64,000 nucleotides of DNA from Alkalispirochaeta sp. (GCA_965242725.1 CBDESZ010000018.1:224001-288000); one strand, 5' to 3'. Shown: positions 10,860 to 21,555, counted from the first letter of the stretch. The notes: generated from the letters alone by a model not told the origin. Program-made: numbers and translations.

Positions 10860-11738
10860 ATGTCCGCACAAATAATAGATGGAAAAGAAATTGCCGGAGA
10901 AATACAGAAGGAACTCGGAGGACGTATCGCCGCCCTGAAAGCCGGCAGTATCACCCCCGGCCTCGCCGTCGTCCTTGTCGGGGACAACGCCGCGAGTATC
11001 TCCTACGTAACCGCAAAGGAACGAGACTGTGAGAAGGTGGGTATACGCAGTTTTGACCACCGCCTTCCCGCATCGACGGGGGAAGACGAGCTGGTTGCCC
11101 TGGTGGATTCCCTCAACGCCAGCCCGGAGGTACACGGCATCCTCGTCCAACTGCCCCTTCCCGACCATATCGACAGCAATCGTATCCTGCAACGGATTGT
11201 CCCCGAGAAGGACGTGGACGGCTTTCATCCTCTCTCCCTGGGGAAGATGCTGACGGGACTCCCCACGCTCCTGCCGTGTACGCCACATGGCGTGATACAG
11301 ATGCTCCTCAGGAGCGGCCATGACCCGGAAGGGAAGCACGTCGTTGTGCTCGGCCGGAGCAATATCGTCGGGCGCCCCCTTGCCAACCTGCTTGCCTTGA
11401 AGAAGCGGGGCGGAAATGCAACGGTGACGGTATGCCATTCCCGGACGCCGGACATCGCCGCAATTACGCTGCAGGCGGATATTCTTATCGCCGCCATCGG
11501 CGTCGCCGCCTTTGTGAAGCCCGATATGGTGAAAGCGGGAGCAGTCGTTATCGACGTCGGTGTCAACAGGGTCGACGATCCGTCGAAAAAGCGGGGCTAT
11601 CGCCTCGTCGGTGACACCGATTATGAAGGGCTCCTCTCAAAGGTCGGTGCCATCACTCCCGTTCCTGGAGGAGTCGGTCCGATGACGCGGACGATGCTCC
11701 TCTTTAACACCGTCACCGCGGCGGAACGGAGTCAGTGA
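10860..11738 (+). CDS. folD: Bifunctional methylenetetrahydrofolate dehydrogenase/cyclohydrolase
   Basis: IIDGK, GILVQLPLP, KDVDGFH, PCTP, GRSNIVGRP, TPVPGGVGPMT. Confidence 0.97.
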   Translation: MSAQIIDGKEIAGEIQKELGGRIAALKAGSITPGLAVVLVGDNAASISYVTAKERDCEKVGIRSFDHRLPASTGEDELVALVDSLNASPEVHGILVQLPLPDHIDSNRILQRIVPEKDVDGFHPLSLGKMLTGLPTLLPCTPHGVIQMLLRSGHDPEGKHVVVLGRSNIVGRPLANLLALKKRGGNATVTVCHSRTPDIAAITLQADILIAAIGVAAFVKPDMVKAGAVVIDVGVNRVDDPSKKRGYRLVGDTDYEGLLSKVGAITPVPGGVGPMTRTMLLFNTVTAAERSQ

Positions 11739-11739
11739 G

Positions 11740-12441
11740 ATGGAGTTGAACCGCGTACACCGGGTGGACGGCCTCGTGCCGTGCAGGAATGCTCTGATCA
11801 GCGTAGCCGACAAGAGCGGCGTCGGTGACTTTGTCGCATCGCTCTGGGAGATCGTGCCCGACCTCACCATTTATTCCAGTGGTGGTACCTACGGGGAGAT
11901 ATTGAAAGCGGCGGAAAAAACAGGAAAAAGGGAGCAGCTCATCGAGGTTGCCCGGTATACGGGACAGCCGGAAATGCAGGGCGGTCTGGTGAAAACGCTG
12001 GATTTTCGTATCTACCTCGGAATTCTGAGCGAAACATACAACGAAGCCCATCAGACGGATCTGAAAAATCAGGACGCCGTTTCCTTTGACCTTACGGTCT
12101 GCAACTTTTATCCCTTTGAAAAGATTGCGGCGGGAACAAACGTTACCGTTGAGGATCTGCGAACCCATATCGACATTGGAGGCCCGGCGATGCTCCGCGC
12201 GTCGGCCAAGAATTTCCTCCGTGTAACCGCTCTCCACAGCCCCGCCGATTACCCCGGATTTCTTGCCGAACTGCGCGCACACGGCGGCCACACGTCACTG
12301 GAATATCGGTCCCATGCGGCAGCACAGGCATTTCAATATACCGCCCACTACGAAAACGCAATCGCCGGCGCTTTGGGAAGCTATATCAGGAGCAGTGATT
12401 TGTCGGGGGTCTACGAGATCCGGAACGGAGATGACCTGTGA
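11740..12441 (+). CDS. purH: IMP cyclohydrolase, stand-alone N-terminal (MGS-like) half of PurH
   Basis: ALISVADKSG, SSGGT, GGLVKTL, CNFYPF, IDIGGPAMLRASAKNF. Confidence 0.85.
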   Translation: MELNRVHRVDGLVPCRNALISVADKSGVGDFVASLWEIVPDLTIYSSGGTYGEILKAAEKTGKREQLIEVARYTGQPEMQGGLVKTLDFRIYLGILSETYNEAHQTDLKNQDAVSFDLTVCNFYPFEKIAAGTNVTVEDLRTHIDIGGPAMLRASAKNFLRVTALHSPADYPGFLAELRAHGGHTSLEYRSHAAAQAFQYTAHYENAIAGALGSYIRSSDLSGVYEIRNGDDL

Positions 12442-13676
12442 GTTCAATGTACCGGACCGTGCTCGGCGACTCCTTTCCGGAGGAAATGAAAATCACCTTC
12501 GGTTCCGACTCGGAGAGCCAGACCCTTGTGTACCGGAAAGTGACGTGGACGATCGGTGGTGAAGAAAAGGGGCTGCGCTACGGGGAAAACCCCGATCAGG
12601 AAGCGGCGCTCTATCGGCCGATAAACGGGAACCTTGTCCTCGGTGATGTACGACAGATTGAACCGTCACGCACCCTCGTCTCCGCTGCGGAACTCCTCCA
12701 GAGCGGCAAGCATCCGGGAAAGATAAACATCACCGACGCCGACGCGGCACTCAATATCCTTCGATATTTTTCAGATAGCCCCGCCTGCGTCATTGTGAAG
12801 CACAACAACCCCAGCGGGGTCGCACTTGGCTCCACATCCCTTGAAGCGTACCGGAAGGCGCTCATGGCCGATCGTATTGCCGCCTTCGGCGGTGCGATCG
12901 CTCTCAACCGCGAGGTTGACGGTGAAACAGCCGAAGCCATCACCTCCTATTATGCCGAACTTGTCGTCGCCCCCGAGTATTCTCCGGCGGCGCTCGCCAC
13001 TTTTGCAAAGAAAAAGAACCTGCGTATTCTGAAAATCGATGCGATGGACCACCTGGAAACGTACGTGGGGGAACGGTTTGTCGATTTCAAGAGCCTCATG
13101 GACGGCGGAATTGTCGCTCAATGGTCCTTTGTACCCCGGATTCTCGACGACGATGCCCTCGTACCGGCGCGGTCAACCAGGGACGGACGTGAGTATGTTG
13201 TGCACCGGGCACCGACGGAACGGGAGAAATCGGATATGCGATTCGGATGGCTTGTGGAAAGCGGCGTGACAAGTAATTCCGTTATCTATGTGAAGGACGC
13301 TGCGACGGTCGCCATCGGTACGGGTGAACAGGACCGCGTCGGTGTGGCCCGGATTGCCCGGGACAAGGCGTACTGGAAAACCGCAGACCGTATCGCCTAT
13401 ACTGCAACGGGGAGAGGTATTGAAGAAATATCCGATGCGGAAGAGAGAAATACCTACATCGCAGCGGCCGGAACGGAGAAGGGTGGCCTGACGGGGGCCG
13501 TCATGATATCGGATGCCTTTTTCCCCTTTCCCGACGGCGCTGAAGTCGGACTGAATGAAGGTGTTACGGCGATACTGCAGCCGGGCGGTGCGTTGCGTGA
13601 TCACGCCGTCATCGAGTCGGTAAATACCTTCGGTGCGACAATGTGTTTCACCGGTCAACGAAGTTTTCGTCATTGA
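12438..13676 (+). CDS. purH: AICAR transformylase, stand-alone C-terminal half of PurH
   Basis: LRYGENPDQ, KHNNPSG, AFGG, SNSV, GEQDRV, SDAFFPF, QPGG, FRH; GTGA overlap with a GGAG SD. Confidence 0.88.
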   Translation: MSSMYRTVLGDSFPEEMKITFGSDSESQTLVYRKVTWTIGGEEKGLRYGENPDQEAALYRPINGNLVLGDVRQIEPSRTLVSAAELLQSGKHPGKINITDADAALNILRYFSDSPACVIVKHNNPSGVALGSTSLEAYRKALMADRIAAFGGAIALNREVDGETAEAITSYYAELVVAPEYSPAALATFAKKKNLRILKIDAMDHLETYVGERFVDFKSLMDGGIVAQWSFVPRILDDDALVPARSTRDGREYVVHRAPTEREKSDMRFGWLVESGVTSNSVIYVKDAATVAIGTGEQDRVGVARIARDKAYWKTADRIAYTATGRGIEEISDAEERNTYIAAAGTEKGGLTGAVMISDAFFPFPDGAEVGLNEGVTAILQPGGALRDHAVIESVNTFGATMCFTGQRSFRH

Positions 13677-13685
13677 GGAGGCACT

Positions 13686-14018
13686 ATGCCCTGGAAACTG
13701 ATATTTTACCTTGTCATCGTCGGTCTGATCCTCGTCTTTATCGGATTGAATCTGGGAAACACAACCGATATTTCTCTCGGTTTTCACGAGTTCACCGATG
13801 TGCCCGTCTTCATGGGACTTTTCGTGGCGTTCTTTTTCGGAGTTGCCGTAACGATACCGGTCGCCGTCCAGTCTTCTTCCCGGAAAACGAGAGCGCGCTC
13901 CGATCGAAAAATGGAGCGGGAAGAACAGCGCCGGCTGAAGCAGGAAGCCAAAGAGGCAAAGAAGGCGGACAAGAAAGCGCTCAAGGCGTCCAGTGCACGG
14001 GATTTTCCGATAGAATGA
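13686..14018 (+). CDS. LapA (DUF1049)-like small membrane protein
   Basis: Two TM helices (LVFIGLN...DISLGF..F..VPVF), basic coiled tail, GAGGAGG SD. Confidence 0.7.
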   Translation: MPWKLIFYLVIVGLILVFIGLNLGNTTDISLGFHEFTDVPVFMGLFVAFFFGVAVTIPVAVQSSSRKTRARSDRKMEREEQRRLKQEAKEAKKADKKALKASSARDFPIE

Positions 14019-15202
14019 AGCGTTCCGTCTCACCGTTGAGAGCAATTACCGCGGTAATTCTGTTCACCGTGAGTACAACTATGGGCGGTCTCGTCGCCCA
14101 AAGTGCGGCGGACCTCGATCAGGCGATCGGATCACCTGCATTTTCCTCGGTCGTGGAGAAAGCCCTGCTCGATGCTTCCTCCCTCGAAGAGATCGATATA
14201 CTTGTCTCCGACTACATTCCCCGCGTTTCAACGTACGATGAGCGTGTTGCTCTGCTGTTGGAGGCGGCGGCGCAGTACGAGCTCGCCCAGAGATACGACA
14301 AGGCGAAGCACGCATACCTTCAGGCGCGCCATTTACAGCCCCGGAACGGAGAAATCGCGCTCCGACTCGGAACAGTTCTCATAGAAGAGGGGAGCCTCCA
14401 GGAAAGCATTATCATTTTTACAAACGCCCTTCACGCGGCGGAGACGCGCTCCCTCCAGCGCCGCGCCGCAATCCTTCGCGCCCGGGCATACTATCTGTCT
14501 GGAAATGCGGATCAGGCGCTCATTCATCTCAGGTCACTCGCGGGGCTTCAGGGGGAAATGCATCCGGCTCTGGCCGATCTCGTGGAGGTGGATGTATACG
14601 CCCTGCTCGCGGAAATCGCATCGGACCGTGATATGGACGAACTGTATAGACAGGCGGCGACTCATCTCCGGGAGCTCTTTCCCGATGCTCCGGAAACGAT
14701 GCTCCTCTCCGCTCTGGAAGAAACCGACACATCCGATGAACGGCCTTCCCGGGTCGTCTATTATCCAAGTCCGTCCCGTATCGCGTCCGGCGGAATGACA
14801 AGGACGGGCACACCGGTCCGGGAATCTTCTCTGCCCTCGTCAACAATGAGCAGCACCGAATCCGGTGCAGCCACGTCCGCAGGTGATATGACGCGCCGGG
14901 ACGGTACGGGCAACGCGTCTCCACCGTCGGGGGACGCGACGCCGGCACGGACAACGGAAAGGGGAAACACCCAGCGTCCTTCGGGCATCCAGACCGGCAG
15001 CTTCCGTGATCCAGAGAACGCCCGATATATGGCTCGGGATATAGAAGGATACGGATTTGACGTAACCGTCAAAGAAGTGACAATAAGCGGAAACACCTAT
15101 TACCGGGTTGTAGTGCCCCTTGCGGCGGACTCAACCAATCAACAGGAGACGATTATCGCGCTGAAAGAGCGGGGCGTCGAAGGATTTCTCGTCTTTGAAT
15201 AG
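14015..15202 (+). CDS. TPR plus SPOR-domain exported protein
   Basis: Signal peptide from ATG 14015 (ATGA overlap), TPRs, Ser/Thr linker, C-terminal IQTGSFRDPENA..YYRVVV SPOR motif. Confidence 0.85.
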   Translation: MKRSVSPLRAITAVILFTVSTTMGGLVAQSAADLDQAIGSPAFSSVVEKALLDASSLEEIDILVSDYIPRVSTYDERVALLLEAAAQYELAQRYDKAKHAYLQARHLQPRNGEIALRLGTVLIEEGSLQESIIIFTNALHAAETRSLQRRAAILRARAYYLSGNADQALIHLRSLAGLQGEMHPALADLVEVDVYALLAEIASDRDMDELYRQAATHLRELFPDAPETMLLSALEETDTSDERPSRVVYYPSPSRIASGGMTRTGTPVRESSLPSSTMSSTESGAATSAGDMTRRDGTGNASPPSGDATPARTTERGNTQRPSGIQTGSFRDPENARYMARDIEGYGFDVTVKEVTISGNTYYRVVVPLAADSTNQQETIIALKERGVEGFLVFE

Positions 15203-15231
15203 GTGCGTAGTCAGACGGCCGGTGACACGCG

Positions 15232-16776
15232 CTATTCACCGCTGTCTTCCGTTACCTGTTCAAGGATAAAGTCCTGGCCCCCGCGACTTTCAATACCGTC
15301 TACGGTAATGCGTATCGGTTCAAGGGTCAGACGGTGGATGCTGCCGCCTTCCGTTCGCTGTTCCTGATAGTCCGCGGTAAATTGCAGGCCGAAGCTGTCC
15401 CCGTCATTCACCGAAATTTCCGCAGGGGCGACATTGTATGAAAGGATCTTCAGTTCGAGTATCGCCTCACCGTCGATTTGTACGACGTTATATCCGCCGC
15501 TCCAGTCATATCCGCCGCTGCGAAAATGAAAGAAGGGTCGGCTGAAAACCATTTCGACGCCGCTCTCATTTCCATAGACGCCGTCGAGAACGAAGGACGG
15601 TGTCTCCAGATCGTATCGACGCAGTATTCCCGACTGTATTCCCGCCGTCATTCTCTGATAATTGCCGTTCCAGTATTCAACGCCCTCTACGGCGATTCTC
15701 AGTGTGTCGGCGGCGACAACGGTAATGGACAGCTGTCGCCGTACGGTGGTCAACACATTGTTGCGAACATTGATCCACAATCCCGGACCGGAGGCATACA
15801 GCGTCTTGTAGGAATTCAGCCACTCGTATCGCTCCTGTCGATCGTCGTGAAAGAGGACGATTTCCCGTTCTTCAGTATCGAAATAGGCAAGCTCGATCCC
15901 GCCGCCGAGATCCTCTCCCCTGGACCTGAACCACGGGCCGTGAATGTACGTTTCAAACTCCTCCGCTTCGGCGTCATAGAGATTGCGAAGCTGTTCTTCT
16001 TCGATCTGCACCGCCGGAATGTCCTCTACGGCGGATTGCACGTACCGTCGCTCCGCGACGTTCCAGCTCCATCGGGTACGTATGAGATCAAGGGGTGTGT
16101 CGGTCTCGAGGTTCTGGCGGTACACGTCGATCGGGAAACTGACACCGTCGCTTTGCAGCGTTCGATAGGCATCACCCCGGGGGCGACTGTCGATTTCGAT
16201 ACTTCCGTCTGTTGCGACTGAAAATACGCTGCGGTAGCCCAATCCGAGAACTTCGCCTGTATTTTCATCACTGCGTCTGAAGACATCCATCGTCTGCCGT
16301 CCCTGCTGATCGGTACCGACCGCTACAATTTCGTCGATATGATCACCTACAAGATCACTTGTGGAAACGGAAAAGGTGCGCACGTTTGTGGCCAGCGTTT
16401 CTCCCTCCCAGGTTATGCGATAGGTGCTTCTCAGGGTATCGAAATCCGCCACCAGGAGGCGCACCCGGTCGGTTGGGTCGTCCCGCCGCTTGATCACGAC
16501 GATCTGTTCATCCGGCTCATCGAGATCCAGATTGACATCGTTCGCGGAAATAAAGAGAACATCCTCGGGCAGCTCAACCCGGGGATTGATCTCCTCTTCA
16601 TCGGTCTGGATGGCGAGACTCCCCGATTCCTGCTGGGCAAGTACGATGCCTTCCGATGCCTCCGGTACGATATGACGTCCCCGGTCCGAAGAAGGAGCGG
16701 TGGGCGGGTCCTCACATCCGATGAATAGTATCAATAACGCTGTTGCGGCGACTCCCGCGATTCCATATCGACTCAT
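15232..16776 (-). CDS. Pallilysin (Tp0751)-related adhesin-like lipoprotein
   Basis: Lipobox FIGC; NLDLDEPDEQIV, WEGETLATNVRTF, DLVGDHIDEIV, QTMDVF resemble the spirochaete pallilysin-related family (from recall). Confidence 0.65.
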   Translation of the reverse strand: MSRYGIAGVAATALLILFIGCEDPPTAPSSDRGRHIVPEASEGIVLAQQESGSLAIQTDEEEINPRVELPEDVLFISANDVNLDLDEPDEQIVVIKRRDDPTDRVRLLVADFDTLRSTYRITWEGETLATNVRTFSVSTSDLVGDHIDEIVAVGTDQQGRQTMDVFRRSDENTGEVLGLGYRSVFSVATDGSIEIDSRPRGDAYRTLQSDGVSFPIDVYRQNLETDTPLDLIRTRWSWNVAERRYVQSAVEDIPAVQIEEEQLRNLYDAEAEEFETYIHGPWFRSRGEDLGGGIELAYFDTEEREIVLFHDDRQERYEWLNSYKTLYASGPGLWINVRNNVLTTVRRQLSITVVAADTLRIAVEGVEYWNGNYQRMTAGIQSGILRRYDLETPSFVLDGVYGNESGVEMVFSRPFFHFRSGGYDWSGGYNVVQIDGEAILELKILSYNVAPAEISVNDGDSFGLQFTADYQEQRTEGGSIHRLTLEPIRITVDGIESRGGQDFILEQVTEDSGE

Positions 16777-16830
16777 CGTCGGCAGTATGCCATATTCGTA
16801 CCGGGGACAACAGTCCATCCTCAACTTCCG

Positions 16831-16859
16831 TGGACAACGGTGCCTTTTTTCGGCATGAT
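16831..16859 (+). promoter_or_regulatory. Putative promoter of guaB-purA-guaA (leaderless geometry)
   Basis: TGGACA-17 nt-CATGAT, 5 nt before ATG 16865; no SD. Confidence 0.45.
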
Positions 16860-16864
16860 GGTGT

Positions 16865-18316
16865 ATGGACACCACACAATTTTCCGAAAAATACAGCTAC
16901 GATGACGTTCTGCTGCAGCCGGGATACGCGGACTTTCTTCCCGGACAGACCGATCTCACCGTCGCCTTGACTCCCCGATTAAAATTGAACGTTCCCATTC
17001 TATCGGCAGCCATGGACACCGTTACGGAGGAGGAACTGGCGACGGCACTGGCGCTGGAGGGCGGCGCCGGGGTGATTCACCGCAACATGTCCCCTGAAGA
17101 ACAGGCGGGGCAGGTGCGCTCGGTGAAACGCCATTTGAACTGGATCATCGAAGAGCCCTATACCGTCGGCCCCCAGCAGACGATCGGCACCGTCCGGGCT
17201 CTCGTCGCAGACCACGGAATTTCCGGCCTTCCCGTTGTCGACGATGATCACCGCGTCATCGGCATCATCACCAGCCGGGATCTCCGCTTTGCACCACGGG
17301 ACGATGAAAAAGTCGAGAATGTGATGACCTCGCAACCGATTGTAGAAGTCGGAATCCCGTCATTGGAAAGCGCCCAGAAGAAGTTCAACCAGTACAAAAT
17401 CGAAAAACTGCCGGTAGTGGATGAAGAAGGTCATTTGACCGGGCTCATTACGGTCAAGGACATGGAAAAACATAACCGCTTTCCCCATGCCGCCACCGAC
17501 GAAGCGGGGCGACTCCTCGTTGGCGCCGCCGTTGCACCCGTCGATATCGGTACGCGAATCGACCTCCTTGTCGAGGCGCGCGTCGATTTTGTCGTTGTCG
17601 ACACCGCCCATGGCGATTCAGCCAACGTCGTCGGGGCAATACGGGCGATCAAGAAAAAATACCCCGAACTGACGGTGATAGGCGGGAACGTCGCCACCGC
17701 GGAAGGTACGGAACGGCTGATCGGTGCGGGCGCGGATATCGTCAAAGTCGGAGTCGGTCCCGGTTCCATCTGTACTACCCGCATCGTCGCCGGCATCGGG
17801 GTGCCACAGCTTTCTGCCGTCATGGATGCCGTCGCGGTCGCCAGAAGGCACGATGTTCCCGTAATTGCCGACGGCGGTATAAAGTTCTCGGGGGATATCA
17901 CCAAGGCGCTCGCCGCCGGAGCTCACGCCGTCATGGTGGGTAGTCTCTTTGCGGGACTGAAAGAGGCACCGGGTAAAGAGTTCCTCTATGAAGGGCGTAT
18001 TTTCAAATCCTACCGTGGAATGGGATCGGAAGCGGCGATGAAACGGGGCGGCGGCGACCGGTACAATGTCGCCGAAGGAGAGGAACCCGTCCCGGAAGGA
18101 GTGGAAGGCCGCGTCCCCTACAAGGGAGAATTGCGCCCCTATCTGCATCAGCTCATGACGGGATTGCGCAAAGGCATGGGATATTGCGGCACGAGGACAC
18201 TCAATCATTTGCGGGAGTATGGAAACTTCGTTAAGATTACCGCCGCCGGCTTACAGGAAAGTCACGTCCATGACGTTGCAATGGTCCGTCAGCCGACAAA
18301 TTACTCACGAGGGTAA
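16865..18316 (+). CDS. guaB: IMP dehydrogenase
   Basis: [18 protein letters not shown] pair, [21 protein letters not shown]. Confidence 0.98.
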   Translation: MDTTQFSEKYSYDDVLLQPGYADFLPGQTDLTVALTPRLKLNVPILSAAMDTVTEEELATALALEGGAGVIHRNMSPEEQAGQVRSVKRHLNWIIEEPYTVGPQQTIGTVRALVADHGISGLPVVDDDHRVIGIITSRDLRFAPRDDEKVENVMTSQPIVEVGIPSLESAQKKFNQYKIEKLPVVDEEGHLTGLITVKDMEKHNRFPHAATDEAGRLLVGAAVAPVDIGTRIDLLVEARVDFVVVDTAHGDSANVVGAIRAIKKKYPELTVIGGNVATAEGTERLIGAGADIVKVGVGPGSICTTRIVAGIGVPQLSAVMDAVAVARRHDVPVIADGGIKFSGDITKALAAGAHAVMVGSLFAGLKEAPGKEFLYEGRIFKSYRGMGSEAAMKRGGGDRYNVAEGEEPVPEGVEGRVPYKGELRPYLHQLMTGLRKGMGYCGTRTLNHLREYGNFVKITAAGLQESHVHDVAMVRQPTNYSRG

Positions 18317-18321
18317 CGCTC

Positions 18322-19560
18322 TTGAATGTTGTGGTAATCGGCGCCCAATGGGGCGATGAAGGTAAGGGAAAAATCGTTGACTATCTCTCCGGTGAGACCG
18401 ACCTGGTCGTACGCTATTCAGGAGGGGCAAATGCGGGACACACAATCGTCGACGGCGACCGTACGTACAAACTGCATCTTGTCCCGTCGGGAATCATATA
18501 CCCGAATACGACGGTCATACTCGGCAGCGGAATGGTGATAGATCCGGATGCGCTCTTCACGGAACTGGAGGAGTTGAACGACGTCGGCATATCCTGGCGG
18601 GATCGTGTTCTCATTTCAGACCGGGCCCATCTGGTTCTTCCGAGCCACAGGGGTGAAGACATTTCAAGGGATATGCGTCGCTCTCAACCGATCGGAACGA
18701 CCGGACGCGGCATCGGCGTCGCCTATGCACACAAGGCGCTTCGAGACGGAATCCGGATCGCCGATCTTGAATGGCCGGAGCATCTGGAAGAACTCGGTGA
18801 CGACGACAGAGCATTTCTTGAGCGACATTCCGAGGCGCTCCTGGAGATGTCCGTCGATATCGCGGCATACCTTCATCCCCCCGGCGGAGAGACGGAACGA
18901 CAGCGCGTGCTCTTTGAAGGGGCACAGGGAGTCCTCCTCGACATTGACATCGGTACATACCCCTTCGTGTCGAGCGGATCGTCGGCGGCGGCGGGCGCCG
19001 CGACGGGCGGCGGTATCGGACCGCGGGACATCGACCACGTCCTTGGGGTATTCAAGGCCTACAGCACCCGCGTCGGTAACGGACCCTTTCCAAGCGAATT
19101 CGACTCAGACAGCAACGGGGAACTTGAAGAATACATACGGGAGACCGGTCGGGAGTACGGTGTCACCACCGGGCGCCCCCGTCGGGTGGGATATCTTGAT
19201 CTCGTTGCACTGCGATACGCGTGCCAGACCAACAGCATAGACAGCCTCGCACTCACACATCTTGACGTATATGACGAGCTTGAAGAGGTCCGGCTGTGCG
19301 TCGCCTACGAGAGCGATGAGGGAACCCTCGACTACTTCCCCGCTTCAATCCCGCAGCTCGAGCAGGCGCACCCGGTAACTCGACGTTTTCCCGGGTGGCG
19401 TTCACCACTTGGTTCATGCACCTCCTATGAAGAACTCCCGGAAAACGCCCGTCGCTATATCGAGTTCATCGAGGAATACCTTGGTGTGCCTGTCAGCATC
19501 GTTTCCACGGGGTATCAGAGAGATCAGACGATTGTACGACGTTCGATCTGGGGCGCATGA
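18322..19560 (+). CDS. purA: Adenylosuccinate synthetase
   Basis: GAQWGDEGKGK, GGANAGHT, IGTTGRGIG, EGAQG, GTYPFV, TTGRPRR; TTG start. Confidence 0.98.
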   Translation: MNVVVIGAQWGDEGKGKIVDYLSGETDLVVRYSGGANAGHTIVDGDRTYKLHLVPSGIIYPNTTVILGSGMVIDPDALFTELEELNDVGISWRDRVLISDRAHLVLPSHRGEDISRDMRRSQPIGTTGRGIGVAYAHKALRDGIRIADLEWPEHLEELGDDDRAFLERHSEALLEMSVDIAAYLHPPGGETERQRVLFEGAQGVLLDIDIGTYPFVSSGSSAAAGAATGGGIGPRDIDHVLGVFKAYSTRVGNGPFPSEFDSDSNGELEEYIRETGREYGVTTGRPRRVGYLDLVALRYACQTNSIDSLALTHLDVYDELEEVRLCVAYESDEGTLDYFPASIPQLEQAHPVTRRFPGWRSPLGSCTSYEELPENARRYIEFIEEYLGVPVSIVSTGYQRDQTIVRRSIWGA

Positions 19561-21131
19561 TGTTGCACTCTCCCGATCATATTGACCGCATCGTCATTCT
19601 CGATTTCGGCAGTCAGACATGCCACCTTATCGGACGGAGACTGAGGGAACGGGGCGTATTTGCGGAAATCGTCTCGGGTGAGTTGGATCCGCAGGAGTGG
19701 TTCACTTCAAGGGTGAAAGGAATCATTCTCTCCGGTTCTCCGGCGTCCGTTCACGACAGCGACGCTCCGTCGCCGCACGACGACGTCTATACCCTTGGCG
19801 TCCCCATCCTTGGTATCTGTTACGGATTACAGTACACGACCCATTCCCACGGAGGCGCGGTAAGCCGGTCTGATCACCGTGAATACGGTCCGGCTCCGGT
19901 CTCGGTACATACCCGGCATCCCCTTCTCGAGGGAATCGGTTCCCAGTTTCTCTCATGGATGAGTCACGGTGACGCAATTGCCCGTCTGCCCCAGGGGGGA
20001 GTGGAGGTCGCCGCGACGACACACGGCGTACCTGCAGTCGTCGCCATAGACGAAATTCACTTTGTCGGACTCCAGTTTCATCCTGAGGTGACCCACACTC
20101 AACACGGTGCGGTAATCCTTGACAATTTTGCCGTGAAGATATGCGGAGCTCGCCGTCAGTGGTCCGTGGAAGATTTCAGGCGGCAACTGGAGGAGGAGGT
20201 CCGCAGTCAGGTCGGCTCAGACGCGGTTCTGCTGCTCATTTCCGGCGGCGTTGATTCTTCTGTTGTGGCGGCGCTGCTTCTGAACGCGTTGCCTCCGGAA
20301 CAGGTCCACCTCATGTACATCGATACGGGGCTGATGCGGAAAGGAGAAACCGACGAGATCGGAAAGGCCCTTACCGCCCTCGGCGCGAAAAACCTCTCCC
20401 TCATTGATGCGGCGGATGAGTTTCTTGACGCCCTTGACGGCGTGAGCGACCCGGAAGAAAAGCGGCGCATCATCGGGGATCTGTTCGTTACCGTACAGAG
20501 CCGGGAGGTTGCACAACGGGTGAAGGGGCCGTACCTGCTTGCACAGGGAACCCTGTATACCGACCTTATCGAAAGCGGACACGGAGTGGGAAAACACGCC
20601 GTAAGCATCAAGAGCCATCACAACGTCTCCAGCCCCCTCGTCAAGGCGAAGAGGGATGCAGGCGAGATTCTTGAACCGCTGGCGACGCTGTACAAGGACG
20701 AGGTCCGCCACCTCGGTTCACTCCTCGGGCTGCCGAAGTCGGTCGTATTCCGGCACCCCTTTCCCGGACCGGGTCTGGCGGTACGGATCCTCGGCGCGGT
20801 CACAAAGAAACGGTGTGACGTCCTCCGGGAAGCAGACGCGATCTACATTCAGGCGTTGCGGGACGCAGGATTGTACGATGAGATCTGGCAGGCTTTTACC
20901 GTTCTTCTTCCCATACAGTCGGTGGGCGTCGCCGGAGACAGCCGCGCCTACGGCGATGTTGTGGCGCTGCGCGCGGTCGTGTCAAAGGACGGGATGACCG
21001 CCGATGTCTATGACTTCCAACCAGCATTTCTCCGCAACGTTGCCGCGGCGATTACCAATCGCATTCCGGAAGTGGGACGGGTTGTGTATGACATTTCCGG
21101 AAAACCGCCCGCTACGATAGAGTGGGAATGA
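19557..21131 (+). CDS. guaA: GMP synthase (glutamine-hydrolysing)
   Basis: LDFGSQ, LGICYG, QFHPEV, SGGVDS, IKSHHN, HPFPGPG, KPPATIEWE. Confidence 0.98.
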   Translation: MMLHSPDHIDRIVILDFGSQTCHLIGRRLRERGVFAEIVSGELDPQEWFTSRVKGIILSGSPASVHDSDAPSPHDDVYTLGVPILGICYGLQYTTHSHGGAVSRSDHREYGPAPVSVHTRHPLLEGIGSQFLSWMSHGDAIARLPQGGVEVAATTHGVPAVVAIDEIHFVGLQFHPEVTHTQHGAVILDNFAVKICGARRQWSVEDFRRQLEEEVRSQVGSDAVLLLISGGVDSSVVAALLLNALPPEQVHLMYIDTGLMRKGETDEIGKALTALGAKNLSLIDAADEFLDALDGVSDPEEKRRIIGDLFVTVQSREVAQRVKGPYLLAQGTLYTDLIESGHGVGKHAVSIKSHHNVSSPLVKAKRDAGEILEPLATLYKDEVRHLGSLLGLPKSVVFRHPFPGPGLAVRILGAVTKKRCDVLREADAIYIQALRDAGLYDEIWQAFTVLLPIQSVGVAGDSRAYGDVVALRAVVSKDGMTADVYDFQPAFLRNVAAAITNRIPEVGRVVYDISGKPPATIEWE

Positions 21132-21143
21132 ATCCTTGTACAC

Positions 21144-21182
21144 AAAAAAAGGGCCGCCCGGATGATCCGGCGGCCCTTTTTT
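21144..21182. terminator. Bidirectional intrinsic terminator between guaA and ssrA
   Basis: A7-GGGCCG(C)CCGGA-TGA-TCCGG-CGGCCC-T6. Confidence 0.9.
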
Positions 21183-21191
21183 CGGGTTCCT

Positions 21192-21541
21192 TGGAGGTGA
21201 GGGGAGTCGAACCCCTGTCCTGAGGCGCCCGCAGCACATCTCTACAGGTTTAGTACGGACTTGTGTGTGTCGGCGACAACATTGGCGTCCGCACCGGCCG
21301 GATGCCGCCCAATCCCGATAAGAAGTCCCTTCGGCCCACCGGGCATGACCGTCGGCAAGTCCTGGTCTCTGTCAAGCAACGAGGCGCTCAGAACGGCGCA
21401 CCCCGCGCCCGCCGGACTGCGTTACGCAGCTACCGGAAGATAGTCTGCTTCTTCGGCAGATAAAAAAGTGCCAATCAGGAGATGGCGCTCCACCTGCAAC
21501 ATACCACGTACGACAACCCCAGTCGAATCCGGAACACCCCC
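21192..21541 (-). ncRNA. ssrA: tmRNA; tag reading frame (A)AEEADYLPVAA* at 21457..21422
   Basis: 5' GGGGGTG..GGATTCGAC; 3' GGGGTTCGACTCCCC-TCACCTCCA T-arm and acceptor with G3-U70; tag ends AA-stop; smpB nearby. Confidence 0.96.
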
Positions 21542-21555
21542 GTTTGTATATCATA

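Noticed and set aside
14044..14059. Perfect 16-bp palindrome AATTACCGCGGTAATT
   Set aside because: It lies inside a signal-peptide coding region in mid-operon, with no promoter context or second copy noticed.
21131..21200. Possible integrative element at the ssrA 3' end
   Set aside because: The tmRNA is followed directly by a terminator and guaA; no integrase or duplicated att fragment was seen.
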